64,000 bases of DNA from Eledone cirrhosa (Eukaryota). The notes under the pieces were generated by a model, which saw only the letters and a list, made by a program, of their open reading frames with translations, searched no databases and was not told where the DNA came from. The position numbers and the translations under genes were made by a program. Positions 50,830-64,000 of the stretch are shown here, in pieces. The DNA lies in contig OZ024740.1 in NCBI GenBank assembly GCA_964016885.1, positions 249,674,001 to 249,738,000 of the forward strand, written 5' to 3'. Position 1 is the first letter of the stretch, and each line of letters opens with the position of its first letter.

Positions 50830-53099
50830 TTCAAATTGTTTGACGGCTACCGCAATGGTAAATTCAAATCGTCCAGCATCTGCTAAAACAGTGTTATAAG
50901 CGCTACAGTGGACAGACAGGTACGTTATCGCTCTTCTTAACAAGCCCGGTTTACCTTTACTTATTTTTCCTAATAACATTTGATTCTTTTCACGATATTT
51001 TGCAAGAAAATTAATTTCATCATATCACCAAAATACCGCTCATCTATCAGTGTAGTTACAATGTCTGTCAAACGGTTGAAATCTTCAAACAAAAGAGAAA
51101 CTCAGAGATGGGAAACAGAAAGATTAAGACAATAAAGATGATCGCAACTTTCTGAAAGTGAACAGAACTTGACATGGGAAACAGAAAGATTAAAGCAAGA
51201 AGAAAGATAATCGAAACAAACGGAGGCTGAACATGAAAACCACCGAGAGGCAATGAGAGATGTGATGGAAACGAGACGGACACAAAGGACTCTTCAAGGA
51301 AAAATAAACTGGCTAAGAGCTGCGTTTTCATATGATCCATCGAGAAATTATAGAAATTATCCTAAAGTCGCGATTTGTAGGATGGGTACCATATGCAGTA
51401 GTTGTGGAGTAAATGTGTTGCTTAGGAGAAAAGGTCAGATTTCCACTGATAGAAGACCCTCTAACTGTTATTTGTATACTGCTTACATCCCATACTAACA
51501 AAGCAAAACACTTCAAGTTAGACGGTATAATGCTGCATTTCAGATGACGTCATTTGGAGCTGACTATGGTTATTTCACAACATTTAAAATCCAAGGACAA
51601 TGCTACCATTTAATCGGTAGTTTACGCCCTCAGCCTAATGAGGAACCAAAATTCCTAGTTTACTTTTTGGGCAACAATGAACAAGAAGCTACTCAACAAT
51701 GCAGAAATATTTCCGGTAGTCTTCAGCTACAAGTTATATTAGCAGTCAGCAATCATTACATAAGGATATTCAAATTTGCCTTAAAAAATGGCATGTATAA
51801 AATTACTATTAGACCTGATAAAAACCCAGCAAAAGAACATAAAAGACGTTACAACAAACCACTGGAAGACGAAGTGGCTGTACTGATGGTCAATGAACAA
51901 CATAAATCCAGAGACATCATTGTACAGGAGAGATCTGACCAATTACGAAGAATTGCAGAGACACACAGAGCATATGACACTTTTCAGTATCCTTTGATCT
52001 TTTAGAGAGGTCAGGATCGGTACAATTTCGCCTTAAGACAAGTAAACCCCAGTACAGGCGAGGAAACTAATAAATCGGTCAGTTGCAAAAATCTTTATTC
52101 ATTTCATTTCATGGCAAGAGATTGCTTTAACCATATCCTAAGAATGGTCTTCTTTCAAGTCAATTAATGGTTGATTTACAAGTCAATTAATGGTTGAAGC
52201 TGAATAATTGGCATTCATTAAAAACAATCAAGCTGTAGAAGATTACACCACCTAGCGTCGACTTTGGAGGCAGTCGATTAACTGCCCTTAGTTCTGACGT
52301 CGCGTTCTGATGTCAGTAGCTGAATAAACACTCTTAGACGGTGGTACCTCGAAGTGAACAGACGTGTTTCCACGTAGCGAACAAACAGCGACATCACACC
52401 ATGCGGTCGCGGAATAATATGATGATTGACAATTACCCAACCTAGGAGCACTGATGTGTTAACTGTATTATAATTTGCTCTAATTAAAATGTTCACATAA
52501 AATAATCTTGAGGTATGTTCTTATTTGTTTGATGATGTGCCAGCCTGTATATTATATCCAATTAGACGGGATGTCTGACCAACCCGCCTAAAGTGGTAAC
52601 CTCCGACGATAAATTAAGAAAATGCAGCCTATTTAATTTCGCCATTCGCTTTAAATTGAAAATTGTTCGTTTAACAAACACAAAAAAAAAAAAAATTCAC
52701 AATTATTTTTCTCCCGCCCGCCAACATTCCCGCCAATTGTCTTTCTTCTCCAAAATGCAGCCATCTGATTGGATGCGGCGCATCACGTGAGGCCGTCTTT
52801 CCCGACCTTAACTAAATAGCATAGTATGCTGTCGCCATATTCTTCTTTCTGAATTTTTTCTGCCATGAAAGAATTTGACTTGCCGAGTTCGGATTGTTTT
52901 TCTGCAAATTCACCGGATTATTTTCCCTGTCATGGACACTTGAGAACATTTATATGATTTTTTGTTTCGTTCTTCCGTCTTTATGGATGTTGAGGGAAAA
53001 TTGTGCTGTTTTCCCGTTGTTCTGAACATCTAAAGAAATTTCGTTCCTTTTACGCGAAAATCACTTGCTTTTATACGTCCATGTGGAAATAGATTGACG

Positions 53100-53860
53100 A
53101 TGAATGGTCCTAATTTACCTGCGTTCTCAGGTGATACCAAACTCTGGTTTGCACGGCTCGACGCTTATTTCGCTGAGTGAAAACTGAGCAGAAGCTCAAC
53201 GTTTTGATAAGTGGTATTCCTTCTTCACTCGCTACAACGGTGAAGGATTTGATTACGAACCCGTCGGCCGGTATTTCCTATGATTCGTTGCGGGAAGAAA
53301 TACTTCGAAGAAACAGTCGTTCTGCTGAAAGCAGATTTCGTTCATTGTTGGAGGACGAGTGTTTAGGCGACAGGTCGCCGCCCGAATGTTTGCGCCACAT
53401 TCGGGACCTCAGTGAATCGCCCGAACAGGATAATTCCTTTATAAAAAAAATATTTTTCTCCCGCCTGCCAAACGTCCAAATTATTTTGGCAAATATAGTG
53501 GACACCAGATCTTTGGAGCAGATTGCTGCCTCCGAATCGAAGCCTAAAAAGGCTACCGCCTCGGACTCGCGTATTGCTTCCTCACATTTGAACCAGCCCG
53601 TCTCGACACGCGAGGATGCCATTTTAAAGGCTATTGACGCTTTGACGCAGCAAGTCGCTCGATTATGCAGGGAGAATAGGCCGTATTCCCGGCGGCCTAG
53701 GAGTCGTTCGCGTTCTTTCTCGACTCCACGTCAGCATACTACTTCGCCCGCCGGCAACCCATTATTTTGCTGGTATCATGCCACCTTTGCGGATAAGGCA
53801 AATCATTGCCGGCCTCCGTGTAAATATTCGGCCTCGGGAAATGTGGATCAGAGTCACTAA
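53100..53860 (+). pseudogene. gag: Gypsy gag
   Basis: LPAFSGDTKLWF, LGDRSP, CWYHATFADKANHCRPPC; disrupted at the 5' end. Confidence 0.85.
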
Positions 53861-56590
53861 AGGCGGCAAGTGAACTCTGCGAGACACAACGGGACCGCCA
53901 TTTCTTCATAGAGGACCTCCTGTCTGGAAGAGCCTTCCTAGTGGACAGAGGAGCTTCGTGCAGTATTTGGCCTGTTAATACTATGACAGTAACTCCTCCT
54001 GAGTCGTCAATTGAATTGCAAGCTGTCAACCAGTCATCGATCCGAACTTTTGGACAGATCTCGCTTCCTCTTCAGTTCCGAAATCTTCGTCGGGATTTCA
54101 AATTGGTTTTCACTGTTGCCGACCTGCCATACTCGATTTGGGGCGCGGACTTCCTGCACCATTTTTCTTTGACGGTGGACGTCCGTCACCAACGCCTAGT
54201 CGATGATATTACTGCTTTTTCTCTTTGTGGCAGGACGGCAGAAGTTTCTACAGTTAGCCCGACATTCTTTATCATGGCTAACTCCGGAAACTCATATTAT
54301 GGCTTGTTGAAATCGTTCCCGCAACTGACTCATGAACATTTTAGAGTCACTGATCCAGGCCACGCCACGGAGCATTTTATTACTACAACTGGCGCTCCGG
54401 TTTTTTCGCGTCCCCGTCGATTGCCAGCGGACAAAGTGAAAGCAGCACGGTCCGAGTTCGACCATATGCTGCAGTCGGAATTATTCGTCATTCCACGAGC
54501 CCCGAGCCCATATGGTGCCAAAATCTTCTGGCGATTGGAGACCCACTGGGGATTATAGAAGATTGAACTCGATGACCTACCGGATCGGTATCCTATCCCT
54601 CATTTGCAGGATTTTGCATCCTCGTTGCAAGGGTGCAATATTTTTTCGAAACTCGATTTGATACGAGCCTACAACCAAATTCCTGTCAATAGAGACGACA
54701 TCCCGAAAACGGCTATAACTACGTCATTTGGATCTTTTGAATTTCTCACCATGCCTTTCGGGTTAAGGAATGCTGCTAGCACCTTCCAGCGATTTATGGA
54801 TGAGGTCACTCGCGGCCTCGACTTTGTATACACATATATTGATGACCTTCTCGTTGCGAGCTCTTCTCCAGAGCAACATTTGCGCCATCTGGAACTTCTA
54901 TTTTGTCGTTTGAGGGATTACAATGTTCGGATTAATCCGTCAAAATGTGTTTTTGGTTCCGAATCGCTGAATTTTTGAGGTCACGTCATTGACGCTGACG
55001 GCATTCGACCTATTCCTGAGAGAGTTAAAGCTATAGAGGATTTGCCTCCACCAACCTCACTCCGTCAGTTGCGCCAATTCTTGGAGCTGATTAATTTTTA
55101 TATGCTTAAAGGGAGAACGTTCACCATCTTCACGGACCACAAACCGTTGACATTCGCCTTGCAAGCAACGGCCGACAAATACTCGCCCAGAGAAACTAGA
55201 CATCTCGACCTCATCTCTCAATTTACTAATGATATTCAACATATTCCGGGTTCTATGAATACAGCGGCCGACGCCCTGTCTCGTTTGCCGATTACTTCGA
55301 TCTCGTCGTACGATGACATAGATTTGAATCGCTTGGCAGCCGATCAGCCTACCCTCGAATCGTTGGATGTTACATCGCCTGAATTTGTGAATTGCAGGAT
55401 GAAATACCTACCTTTATCGACCACAGACGGACGGATGCTCTGCGACGTCTCTTTGGATGCGCCATGCCCTTTTGTTCCGTTGAACCATCGTCGAACTGTG
55501 TTTCTTGTTTTACACGGCATTTCACATCCAGGATCTTCTGCCACAGTAAAACTCATAACGGCTAGATTCTTCTGGCCAAATATGAGACGTGATATTACTG
55601 TCTGGTGCCCTTCCTGTGTTGCTTGCCAGAAATCAAAAGTTCATAGACATGTTAAGACTCCTCTAGGTACTTTTAGTAACCCGGACGCCCAATTTCGCCA
55701 CATTCATGTGGACATCAGCGGTGGTCATAATTACTTATTGACTGTTATCGATCGTTTTTCGCGATGGCCTGAAGCCATCCCCTTGAAAGATATCACTACT
55801 GAGACCACAGCGCGTGCCCTTGTGTCTGGATGGATCGCTCGATATGGAATACCAACGTCAATTACCACGGACCGTGGAAGGCAGTTTTAATCGAACCTCT
55901 TCCATGAATTAACGAAAATCATCGGCGCTAAACGCATCCGAACTACTGCATATCATCCTGCCTCTAATGGAATGGTGGAGCGTTTCCACCGACAACTAAA
56001 AGCCGCTCTACGGACTTCTCCTGACTCTACGCGTTGGAGCGAGTACCTCCCTATTGTGTTGTTGGGGATTCGGTCAACAATAAAGGAGGACCTTGGGTTC
56101 TTCCCGGCCGAATTGTTATATGGTGCTCCTCTAGCGTTACCTGGGCAAATGCTTGCCCCTGTCGATCTTGCTGCACAAGATCCGCTTTCCTACGTATCCC
56201 GTCTGCGTTCTTATTTTCAGGACCTGCCGCCGATGGATACGAGGAAGCAAACTGTAAAATCTGCAGTCCCGAGGGATATTGCCTCGTAAACCCACGTGTT
56301 TCTGAGAAACGATGCTGTGAAACCACCTCTCACACAACCGTACTCTGGACCCTACCGTGTATTAGCTCATTCCGAGAAACATTTCACTGTAGACATTAAG
56401 GGTTCCAGAGAGACGGTTTCGATTGATAGACTCAAACGAGCACATTTGGACACGGATGCTATCACACCTGAGCCACAAACGCCGCCGTCTTTTTCTTTCG
56501 CACACACACCTGCTCCCCCCCCCCCCCATCACCAAGATATAAGACTACGATCCGTTCCGGTCGGAGGGTTCATTGGCCCAAGAAACTGTG
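53860..56590 (+). pseudogene. pol: Gypsy pol (protease, RT, partial RNase H, integrase)
   Basis: [67 protein letters not shown] deletion at INFY|MLKGR removes the connection domain and RNase H N-terminus; stops and frameshifts. Confidence 0.93.
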
Positions 56591-59500
56591 TAGCACGGTA
56601 TATTTTTAAGCTGCTATTGTGCGGTGCTTTAATCCTGTATTGACTATTGGAACTTTTATGAAATTGTATTTACATTTTATTACATTTGTTTTTTCCTTTC
56701 TCGCTCTTGCATGCTTGTTTCATATGTGCTTTTGAAATTTGTTGTGCCCTTCATGCTCGGTTGGGCTGATTGCTCCATGGTTTGGGATTTTTGATAGTTG
56801 CTCATCGGTTTTTCTACATACATGATCCGATGAACCGATTTTTATTTCCTTTTCTAAAAATCTGGTGGGAGGCCATGTAGAAGATCACGCCACCTAGCGT
56901 CGACTTTGGAGGCAGTCGATTAACTGCCCTTAGTTCTGACGTCACGTTCTGACGTCAGTAGCTGAATAAACACTCTTAGACGGTGGTACCTCGAAGTGAA
57001 CAGACGTGTTTCCACGCAGCGACGAAATAGCGACATCACACCATGCGGTCGCGGCATAATATGATGATTGACAATTACCCAACCTTGGAGCACTGATGTG
57101 TTAACTGTATTATAATTTGCTCTAATTAAAATGTTCACGTAAAATAATCTTGAGGTATGTTCTTATTTGTTTGATGATGTGCCAGCTATTATATCCAATT
57201 AGACGGGATGTCTGACCAACCCGCCTAAAAAGCTAAACTTAGAGCAGAGCAATACATCCCCTTAAGAGAGGCCATTATAACTGATGGAATGAATCCTTCC
57301 AGTGTTGGTCAGCCAGTCATTCTGCCATCTAGCTTCACAAGCAGTCCAGGTTATATGGCTAAGCGCACACAAGATGCCATGGCATATGTAAGAAAGTTTG
57401 GTTGTCCAGATCTTTTCATTACATTTACATGCAATCCTCCATGGCCAGAAATTCAAAAAAACTATTTGAACACCAATATGCAAAAGATAGACATGACATC
57501 ATCGCCAGAGTTTTTAACGAGAAACAGAAAATACTTGATGTGGCTGCTAAAAGATGGACAACTCTTTGGCGAACTAAGATGTTGGCTTTACACTATTGGA
57601 TGGCAGAAAAGAGGTCTTCCTCATTCTCATATGCTAATTTGTTGTTCAGACCACATTCACTCAAGTCAAATAGATAAAATCATAAACGCCAAATTGCCCG
57701 ATCCTGACAAAGACCCAGAACTATTTGCCTTTATCTCAAAACAAATGATACATGGTCCATGTGGCAGTATCAACCCTAAGCATGTGTGCATGGGAAATAA
57801 CAAATATGAAAAAAGATATCCAATGCCTTTTCAACAAAAAAACCATAACTGGTGATGACGGATATCCTCAATACAGACGGAGAAGCCCTCACTGTGGTGG
57901 AAACACTGTGATTATCAAGATATGAGGTCAAGACGTTCAGGTTGGTAACAATTGGGTCGTTACCTACAATCATATCCTCTGCAAAATCCTTGATGCTCAC
58001 ATCAATTGTGAGTACAGCGCATCAGTAAAATCAATTAGGTATGTTTGTAAATATGTCAACAAAGGAAGTGGTTTGGCAACTTTTACTATTGGTGGCAATA
58101 ACTAATTGAATGAAGTTAAAACATACCTAACAGGGAGATATATTTCTAGTAATGAAGCCATATGGAGAATCTTTGGTTTCGACATACACAATAGACACCC
58201 AGAGGTAGTTACCCTAGCAGTCCATTTAGAAAATGGTCAGAGGGTATATTACACTGAAGAAAATACACAATTGATTATTGCGTCTCTTCCAGACACAAGG
58301 CTCATTGCTTTTTTAAAGCTTTGTGGAGAAGATGCCTTTGCTAAAACCTTGCTTTATCATGAGGTTCCCATATTCTACACATGGAATAAAAAGAAATGGG
58401 GCAGACAAAAGATAGGCAACCATGTGCATGGCTATCAAAACATCAAAGCAAGTGGTGCAATTGGAAGAGTTTACACAGTCCATCTTAGACATAGGGAATG
58501 TTTCCATTTGAGGTTACTCCTTCACACTGTTAGAAGGCCAACATCATTTAAAAATATCAAAATTGTACATGGAACTCCCTGTGCAACGTATGCTGAAGCA
58601 TGGAAATTACTTGGCCTACTTGAAGACAGGGAATATTGTAAAAAGACATTGGAAGAGGCGGCTGCCACACAAATGCCTAAAAAGCTTCGCCAGCTCTTCG
58701 CTGTAATGCTCACTACGTGCAATATTTCAGATCCCTTGAGTCTCTGGGAAAATTATAAGAAAGACTTGTCGGAAGATATATTGCACAGAGCCAAACTTCA
58801 AAATACTGGCATTGATGTAGATTTTTCTGCACCTATTTATAATGAAGCTCTGACAGAAATTAACAACCACCTGAATCAAATTGGCTGGTTCCTTAAGGAT
58901 TGTGGTTTACCAGAACCTGAGGACACAGCTGCCTGTCATATTGCACAGGATATATTAAAGGAGATGAATTATGACATCAACAAACTTACACAATATGTCA
59001 ATTAAAATGAAGAAAAGCTGATTGAAGGTCAAAGAATTGCTTGTAATAAAATATTGACCAGTATCGACCAGAATGAAGGAAGCCTTTACCTTTTGGATGC
59101 TCCAGGAGAAACTGGTAAAACCTTCATAATAAATCTCATATTGGCAAAAGTAAGGCAGCGAAATCAAATTGCTTTGGCTGTTGCATCAAGTGGTATTGCT
59201 GCTACCTTACTTGAAGGAGGCAAAGCAGCACACTCAACGTTCAAGTTGCCATTGAATGTCACAAGAGAAGAGTCTCCTTCGTGTAATATCAAAAAGAACA
59301 CACTAAAAGCAAAGCTTTTAGAGAAATGCTCCGTGATCATATGGGATGAAGCCACAATGGCACATAGAAAGTCATTTGAGGCTCTGGACCATTCTTTAAG
59401 AGACATTAGAGGATGTAATGAAATCATGGGAGGAGTAACGATGGTGCCTGCTGGTGACTTCAGACATTCTCCCCGTCGTTCCTAAAGCACGAGAGCTGAT

Positions 59501-60510
59501 ATTGTAAACGCTTTCCTCAAAGTCTCAACTATATGGCAACAAGTTCAGTGATTACCCACAGGGACAAACATGAGAGTGCAGTTCTACAATGATGCAGAAA
59601 TTGATACTTTTGCAAAACATCTAATTAAACTGGGTGATGAAAATCTGCAACAAGATGGAAATGGGGAAGTCAACCTTCCATTTGGAAATGTCTGTAATAC
59701 AACAAATGAACTAATTGATCAAGTATTTCCAAATCTTGCTCAAATTATATCAATCAATCATGGCTGTTTGAGCGAGGAATTTTAGCGCCAAAAAATAATA
59801 TGGTAAATCAGATCAAGCAATGCCTACTGGATACGCTCCCAGAGAAGGTTCATACATATGTCTCCATTGACAAGATTGTATAGGATGACGAAGCTGTTAA
59901 TTATCCTGTACAGTTCCTTAATAGTCTGGAACTTCCTGGACTTCCTCCACACAAATTAACGCTAAAGATTGGAACTCCCATCATCCTTTTGAGAAACCTG
60001 GGCCCACCACGTCTATGCAATGGCAGATGATGAAACATCTAGAGGTCTCTATTCTTGGAGGCAATCATCAAGGCGAAAATACATTTATTCCAAAGACCCC
60101 ACCTATCCCTTCCTCTACCGAGCTGCCATTTAAATTCTCAAGACTTCAGTTCCCTATTAGAGCCAGTTTTACTATCACCATAAATAAAGCTCAGGGTCAG
60201 AGTCTCAAAGTTGTAGGATTGAATCTGAGAGAATCAGTTTTTACCCATGTTTTATATGTTGGTTGTTCATGAGTGGGAACATCTAGAAATCTTCATATAT
60301 TATGCATGAACGGTTAAACAAAGAATCTGGTGTATCTTGAAGTTTTTTTCCTTTTTTTGTAACACACACACCACGGCCTCGTCTCATACTATAAACAAAA
60401 CAATGCATCCAATACAGTCGTTTTCTCGTCTACCTGTTCTCTTCTACCTGTTCACCCGGTCGAAGCCGGGTACCTCATTTAGTAGCTGGTAAATAAAAAA
60501 CGAGAAATAT

Positions 60511-60600
60511 AATTGTTTCTACTTTTGGCACAAGGCCAGCAATTACCCAGTGTATTACTGGTACTTTATTTTATCGACCCCCATAAGGATGAATGGCAAA
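60511..60600 (-). mobile_element. Partial SINE copy
   Basis: 3' half of the 7630-7807 family. Confidence 0.8.
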
Positions 60601-60672
60601 ACGAGAAATATAATGTTGAAAAGAAGTATTAAAAAAGATAAAAAGGAAAAATAAAGACATATACGTATACAT

Positions 60673-60796
<124 letters not shown>

Positions 60797-60849
60797 TGCC
60801 CCCTCGTTATCTAGTATGACCATTGCACAATATACCATTATTAATGATT

Positions 60850-63800
60850 ATTAATTAATTCTATCGTGCAATACCTGTTCTTTAAGGTGTTTTTTTAAAG
60901 TGAGGAAAAACTGTGCACTGAGCCAATCCCACTCTCTCAGCGACAGTAGCTATAACCCCAAAAGAAGAAAAGATCAACATCATCGGTAACTACTGAGCCG
61001 CAGGTTTTATGTTGAAGTTATCCCAGTTTCCTGAGTTGCCTTCTCCTAGAAGAATGCAAAGGCTAGGGGTCCTTCACGACCCGACCATGCGACAGGTTGT
61101 ACTGGGTTACATGTTACCAGTAGCACTCAAGAGTGACCCGACATATATATATGTATATATATATACATATACCCTCTGCAAAATCCAACTTCAGTGCCTC
61201 AAAAGTGGCGCAGCAGTGATCCTGGCTGTCTGATAGCTATGGTAGCGGGACTCAATGCCCTGGCAGGTTTTACAATGCTACACAGGTATCAGACTATTGG
61301 CCCTAGAGATGATTCATCATCTTCTAGAGTTCAAAAGCTAACTAAACTGAAGAGGTACCGGCCTGCCCGCCCAGCCAATGGGATGGCGTCATCTTATGGT
61401 TAAAACAACACGAGGAAAAGGGCCTCGGTACCCTGCGCGTCAATCGGGCCACTCCACGACGGCGGAGTGCAACCCGAGCGACGAGAGGCTGCTAAGAATC
61501 ACAGGTTCCCGAAGGCCGCCAAGGAACAGGACTAACCTTGCCATATGCACCTAGATGCAGGTCTTTGGCAGGGGGGCAAGGACTGAACCACCTAATGGAG
61601 GAGAAGAAGAAGATCAGGTGCGACGTGTTAGGGCTGTGTGAGACCCGCCAAAAGAAGGAGGCGAGTTCGCGATGGCAAGATGGATGCGCAGTAAAACTCG
61701 GGAAAGCAGAGGGTGCCAGATCAGTCGGAGGTATAGGGTTCATCGCAAGCAAGGAATGGGCTTCGAAGGTCGCTTCTTGCCAGTTCATATCGTCACGGAT
61801 TGTACTGAACGTGAACCTCTCAGGGAAAGCCACCCTCAAGATCGTCCAGACCAACGCTTCCACAAGTTCCAGCGACGACGATGAAGTGGAAGAATTCTAT
61901 CGCTAGATAGACAAAGTGTTAGCTGTGAAGTCCACTTACACCGTCGTAATGGGAGACTTCAACGCAAAGGTCGAACAGGGACGGCAAGGGGAAGAGTATG
62001 TCGGGAGATTCAGCCTAGGAGAGCGAAATGAGAGAGGAGAGCATCTGGTCACCATGGCGGAGGCGAGACGGCTCTACATCGGAAACAGCCTATTCAGGAA
62101 GAAGAAGAGATGGACATGGGTATCGCCAAATTCTGAGCAATGAAACGAGATTGACTACATCTTGGTCGACAAGCGACGCATACTGCAGGATGTCTCTGTC
62201 ATAACGCCATTCAACACTGGCAGTGATCATCGTCTGGTGAGGGCGAGGGTCGTCATCGACCGGACGAGGGGGAAGAAGGCGCTGCATTTGGCGTCGAAGG
62301 AAGAACGCGTCCGGGTCTTCAACGAGGCGCAGCTGCAGGAAGCCATCATGCAGGAAAACTGGCGTCAAGGAGATGGCATAGACGCTGACTACGACTCACT
62401 GATAAGGAAACTGAAGGAGTGCTGAGAAAGGCTAAGGGTGTGTTCCCGAGGGAGTGGAAGGGAAGAGTCTCGGAGGAAACTATGAAGTTGCTTGAGAAGA
62501 GGAAGAATATGAAGTGGACACCTGAAGATCACCTCGAATATTCCCTTCTCAGCAGAGTGATACATCAACAACTGAAGAGAGACTTCGAGGCATACCGGAT
62601 GGAGAAGCTCCTGAAGGCCGCAAAGGAAAAGAAGAGCCTCAAGAAATGCGAGAGGGACATGACAATGTACAGATCGGAGGTGACGACCCTGAAAAACACA
62701 GCTGGAGTACCGGTCAGCGACAAGAGTGAGGTGGAAAAGGTTTGCCAAGACTTCTACACCAAGCTCTTCAAGTCTGCTGGGAATGTGCAGCCGTTGCCGT
62801 CACTCCAACAGGAAGAAAATGTGCCACCCATCCTTGTCGGTGAGGTCAAAAGAGCCGTTGGCTTGATGAAAAGCGGAAAGGCGCCAGAGAAAGATGGCAT
62901 AACATCGGAGGTGTTGAAGTCAGGCCGAGAGCAGCTCTGGAAAATCCTCGCCGAGCGATTCACACACTATCTGGATGAGGGAAGGATACCCTCACAGTGG
63001 AAAGAATCGAATACAATCCTACTATACAAGAAGGGCGATAGAGAAGATCTGAAGAACTACCGACCCATATGCCAGCTGTCTGACGTGTACAAGCTGTTCA
63101 CGAAGATAATCCTGAACAGGTTATCACGTCATCTGGACGAACAGCAACCCAGAGAGCAAGCCAGCTTCCGGAAAAACTACAGCATGATGGACCATATATT
63201 ACTCTGACACAACTGCTTGAGCGAGCAAAGGAGTAAAAGATGCCTCTTTGCGTCGCGTTCGTAGAGTACGAGAAGGCTTTCGACAGCGTCGAAATCAACG
63301 CAGTGCTGAACTCGCTGCAGAGGCAAGGAGTCGAGGTGCAATACGTTCAACTGCTCAGGGAGGCGAGTTCCGGATGCACCACTGACATATCTCTGCTGTC
63401 ATCACCCGCACGAGTGACGGTCGAGAAGGGAGTGAAGCAAGGAGATACGATCTCTCCAAAACTTTTCACTGCGTGTCTCGAGCAGATCATCAGAGGCATT
63501 GACTGGCAAGGCGGTGTCAACATCAATGGCGAGATATTTGCCCACCTCCGTTTCGCTAATGACATCGTACTCATCGCTGAAACCACGGATCAGCTTCAGA
63601 CCATGCTGACGGAGCTCGACATCAAAAGCTCTGCAGTAGGCCTCAAGATGAACCGCATGAAAACGAAGTTCATGCGGTCCGACAATGTACCAACAGGTTT
63701 AATGGTGGTTGGCAGCGATGAAATAGAGGAGGTGGAGGAATACGTCTACCTGGGACAAGAAGTGAACATGCGCCGAGACATTGAGAGGGAGATCTCGCAG

Positions 63801-64000
63801 AGAGTAAGGGCCGGCTGGAAGGCGTTCAACGGCATAAGGGATGTGCTCAAGGGGAGGTTGGACAAGACCACCCGCGCCAACCTCTTCAATAGCACAGTTT
63901 TAACTGCAATGTTATATGGCAGTGAAACTTGGGCTACAACGAAGAGAGAAGAGCAGAGGCTGGTAACGGCTCAAAGAGCCATGGAGAGATCAATGCTAGG
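60850..64000 (+). mobile_element. RTE-clade LINE (APE + RT), degenerate, runs off the window end
   Basis: GLCETR, MGDFNAKV, EIDYILV, SDHRLV, NYRPI, EYEKAFDSV, GVKQGDTISPKLF, RFANDI, YVYLG, YGSETW. The 5' boundary is approximate. Confidence 0.93.

Larger units (their letters stand above)
52234..57229 (+). mobile_element. Gypsy LTR retrotransposon nested in RepHel 2
   Basis: LTRs at 52234-52592 and 56876-57229 (~11 substitutions + one 5-nt indel by eye); 4-bp TSD AAGC; PBS TGGTAACCTCCGACG (imperfect match to the tRNA-Trp 3' end); PPT before 56876. Confidence 0.96.
51022..60345 (+). pseudogene. Helitron RepHel 2, disrupted and split by a Gypsy insertion
   Basis: YNAAFQMTSFGA, FKIQGQCYH, ETHRAYD, DLFITFTCNP, WQKRGLPHSH, SIRYVCKYVNKG, DAPGETGKT, WDEATM, TINKAQGQS. 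The frame NNQA|KLRAEQY is restored across the insertion. Confidence 0.95.
45198..60489 (+). mobile_element. Composite Helitron with two tandem RepHel genes
   Basis: A|TCTATATATATAAAAC at 45198; 3' hairpin ACCCGGTCGAAGCCGGGT (60454-60471) followed by TTAG|T (60482) or CTGG|T (60489); no internal termini seen. Confidence 0.75.

Overview
AT-rich, microsatellite-dense eukaryotic DNA made almost entirely of nested, mostly decayed transposable elements. The SINE families and repeat landscape suggest an octopus-like cephalopod (inference). No intact host gene was found. Contents: (i) Penelope-like elements (PLEs; RT + GIY-YIG), several with inverted terminal copies and about 8 intact or decayed hammerhead ribozymes, including a 350-bp palindrome with a hammerhead on each strand; (ii) many RTE-type LINE fragments and a GC-rich CRE-like RLE non-LTR fragment; (iii) two degenerate Gypsy elements with LTRs and TSDs, plus fragments and solo LTRs; (iv) non-autonomous Helitrons and a 15.3-kb Helitron with two divergent tandem RepHel genes separated by a 34-bp-period array of imperfect palindromes; (v) tRNA-derived SINEs; (vi) a probable intron-containing gene relic on the minus strand, split by insertions. 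All coordinates were read by eye, and clade names come from remembered motifs, not database searches.
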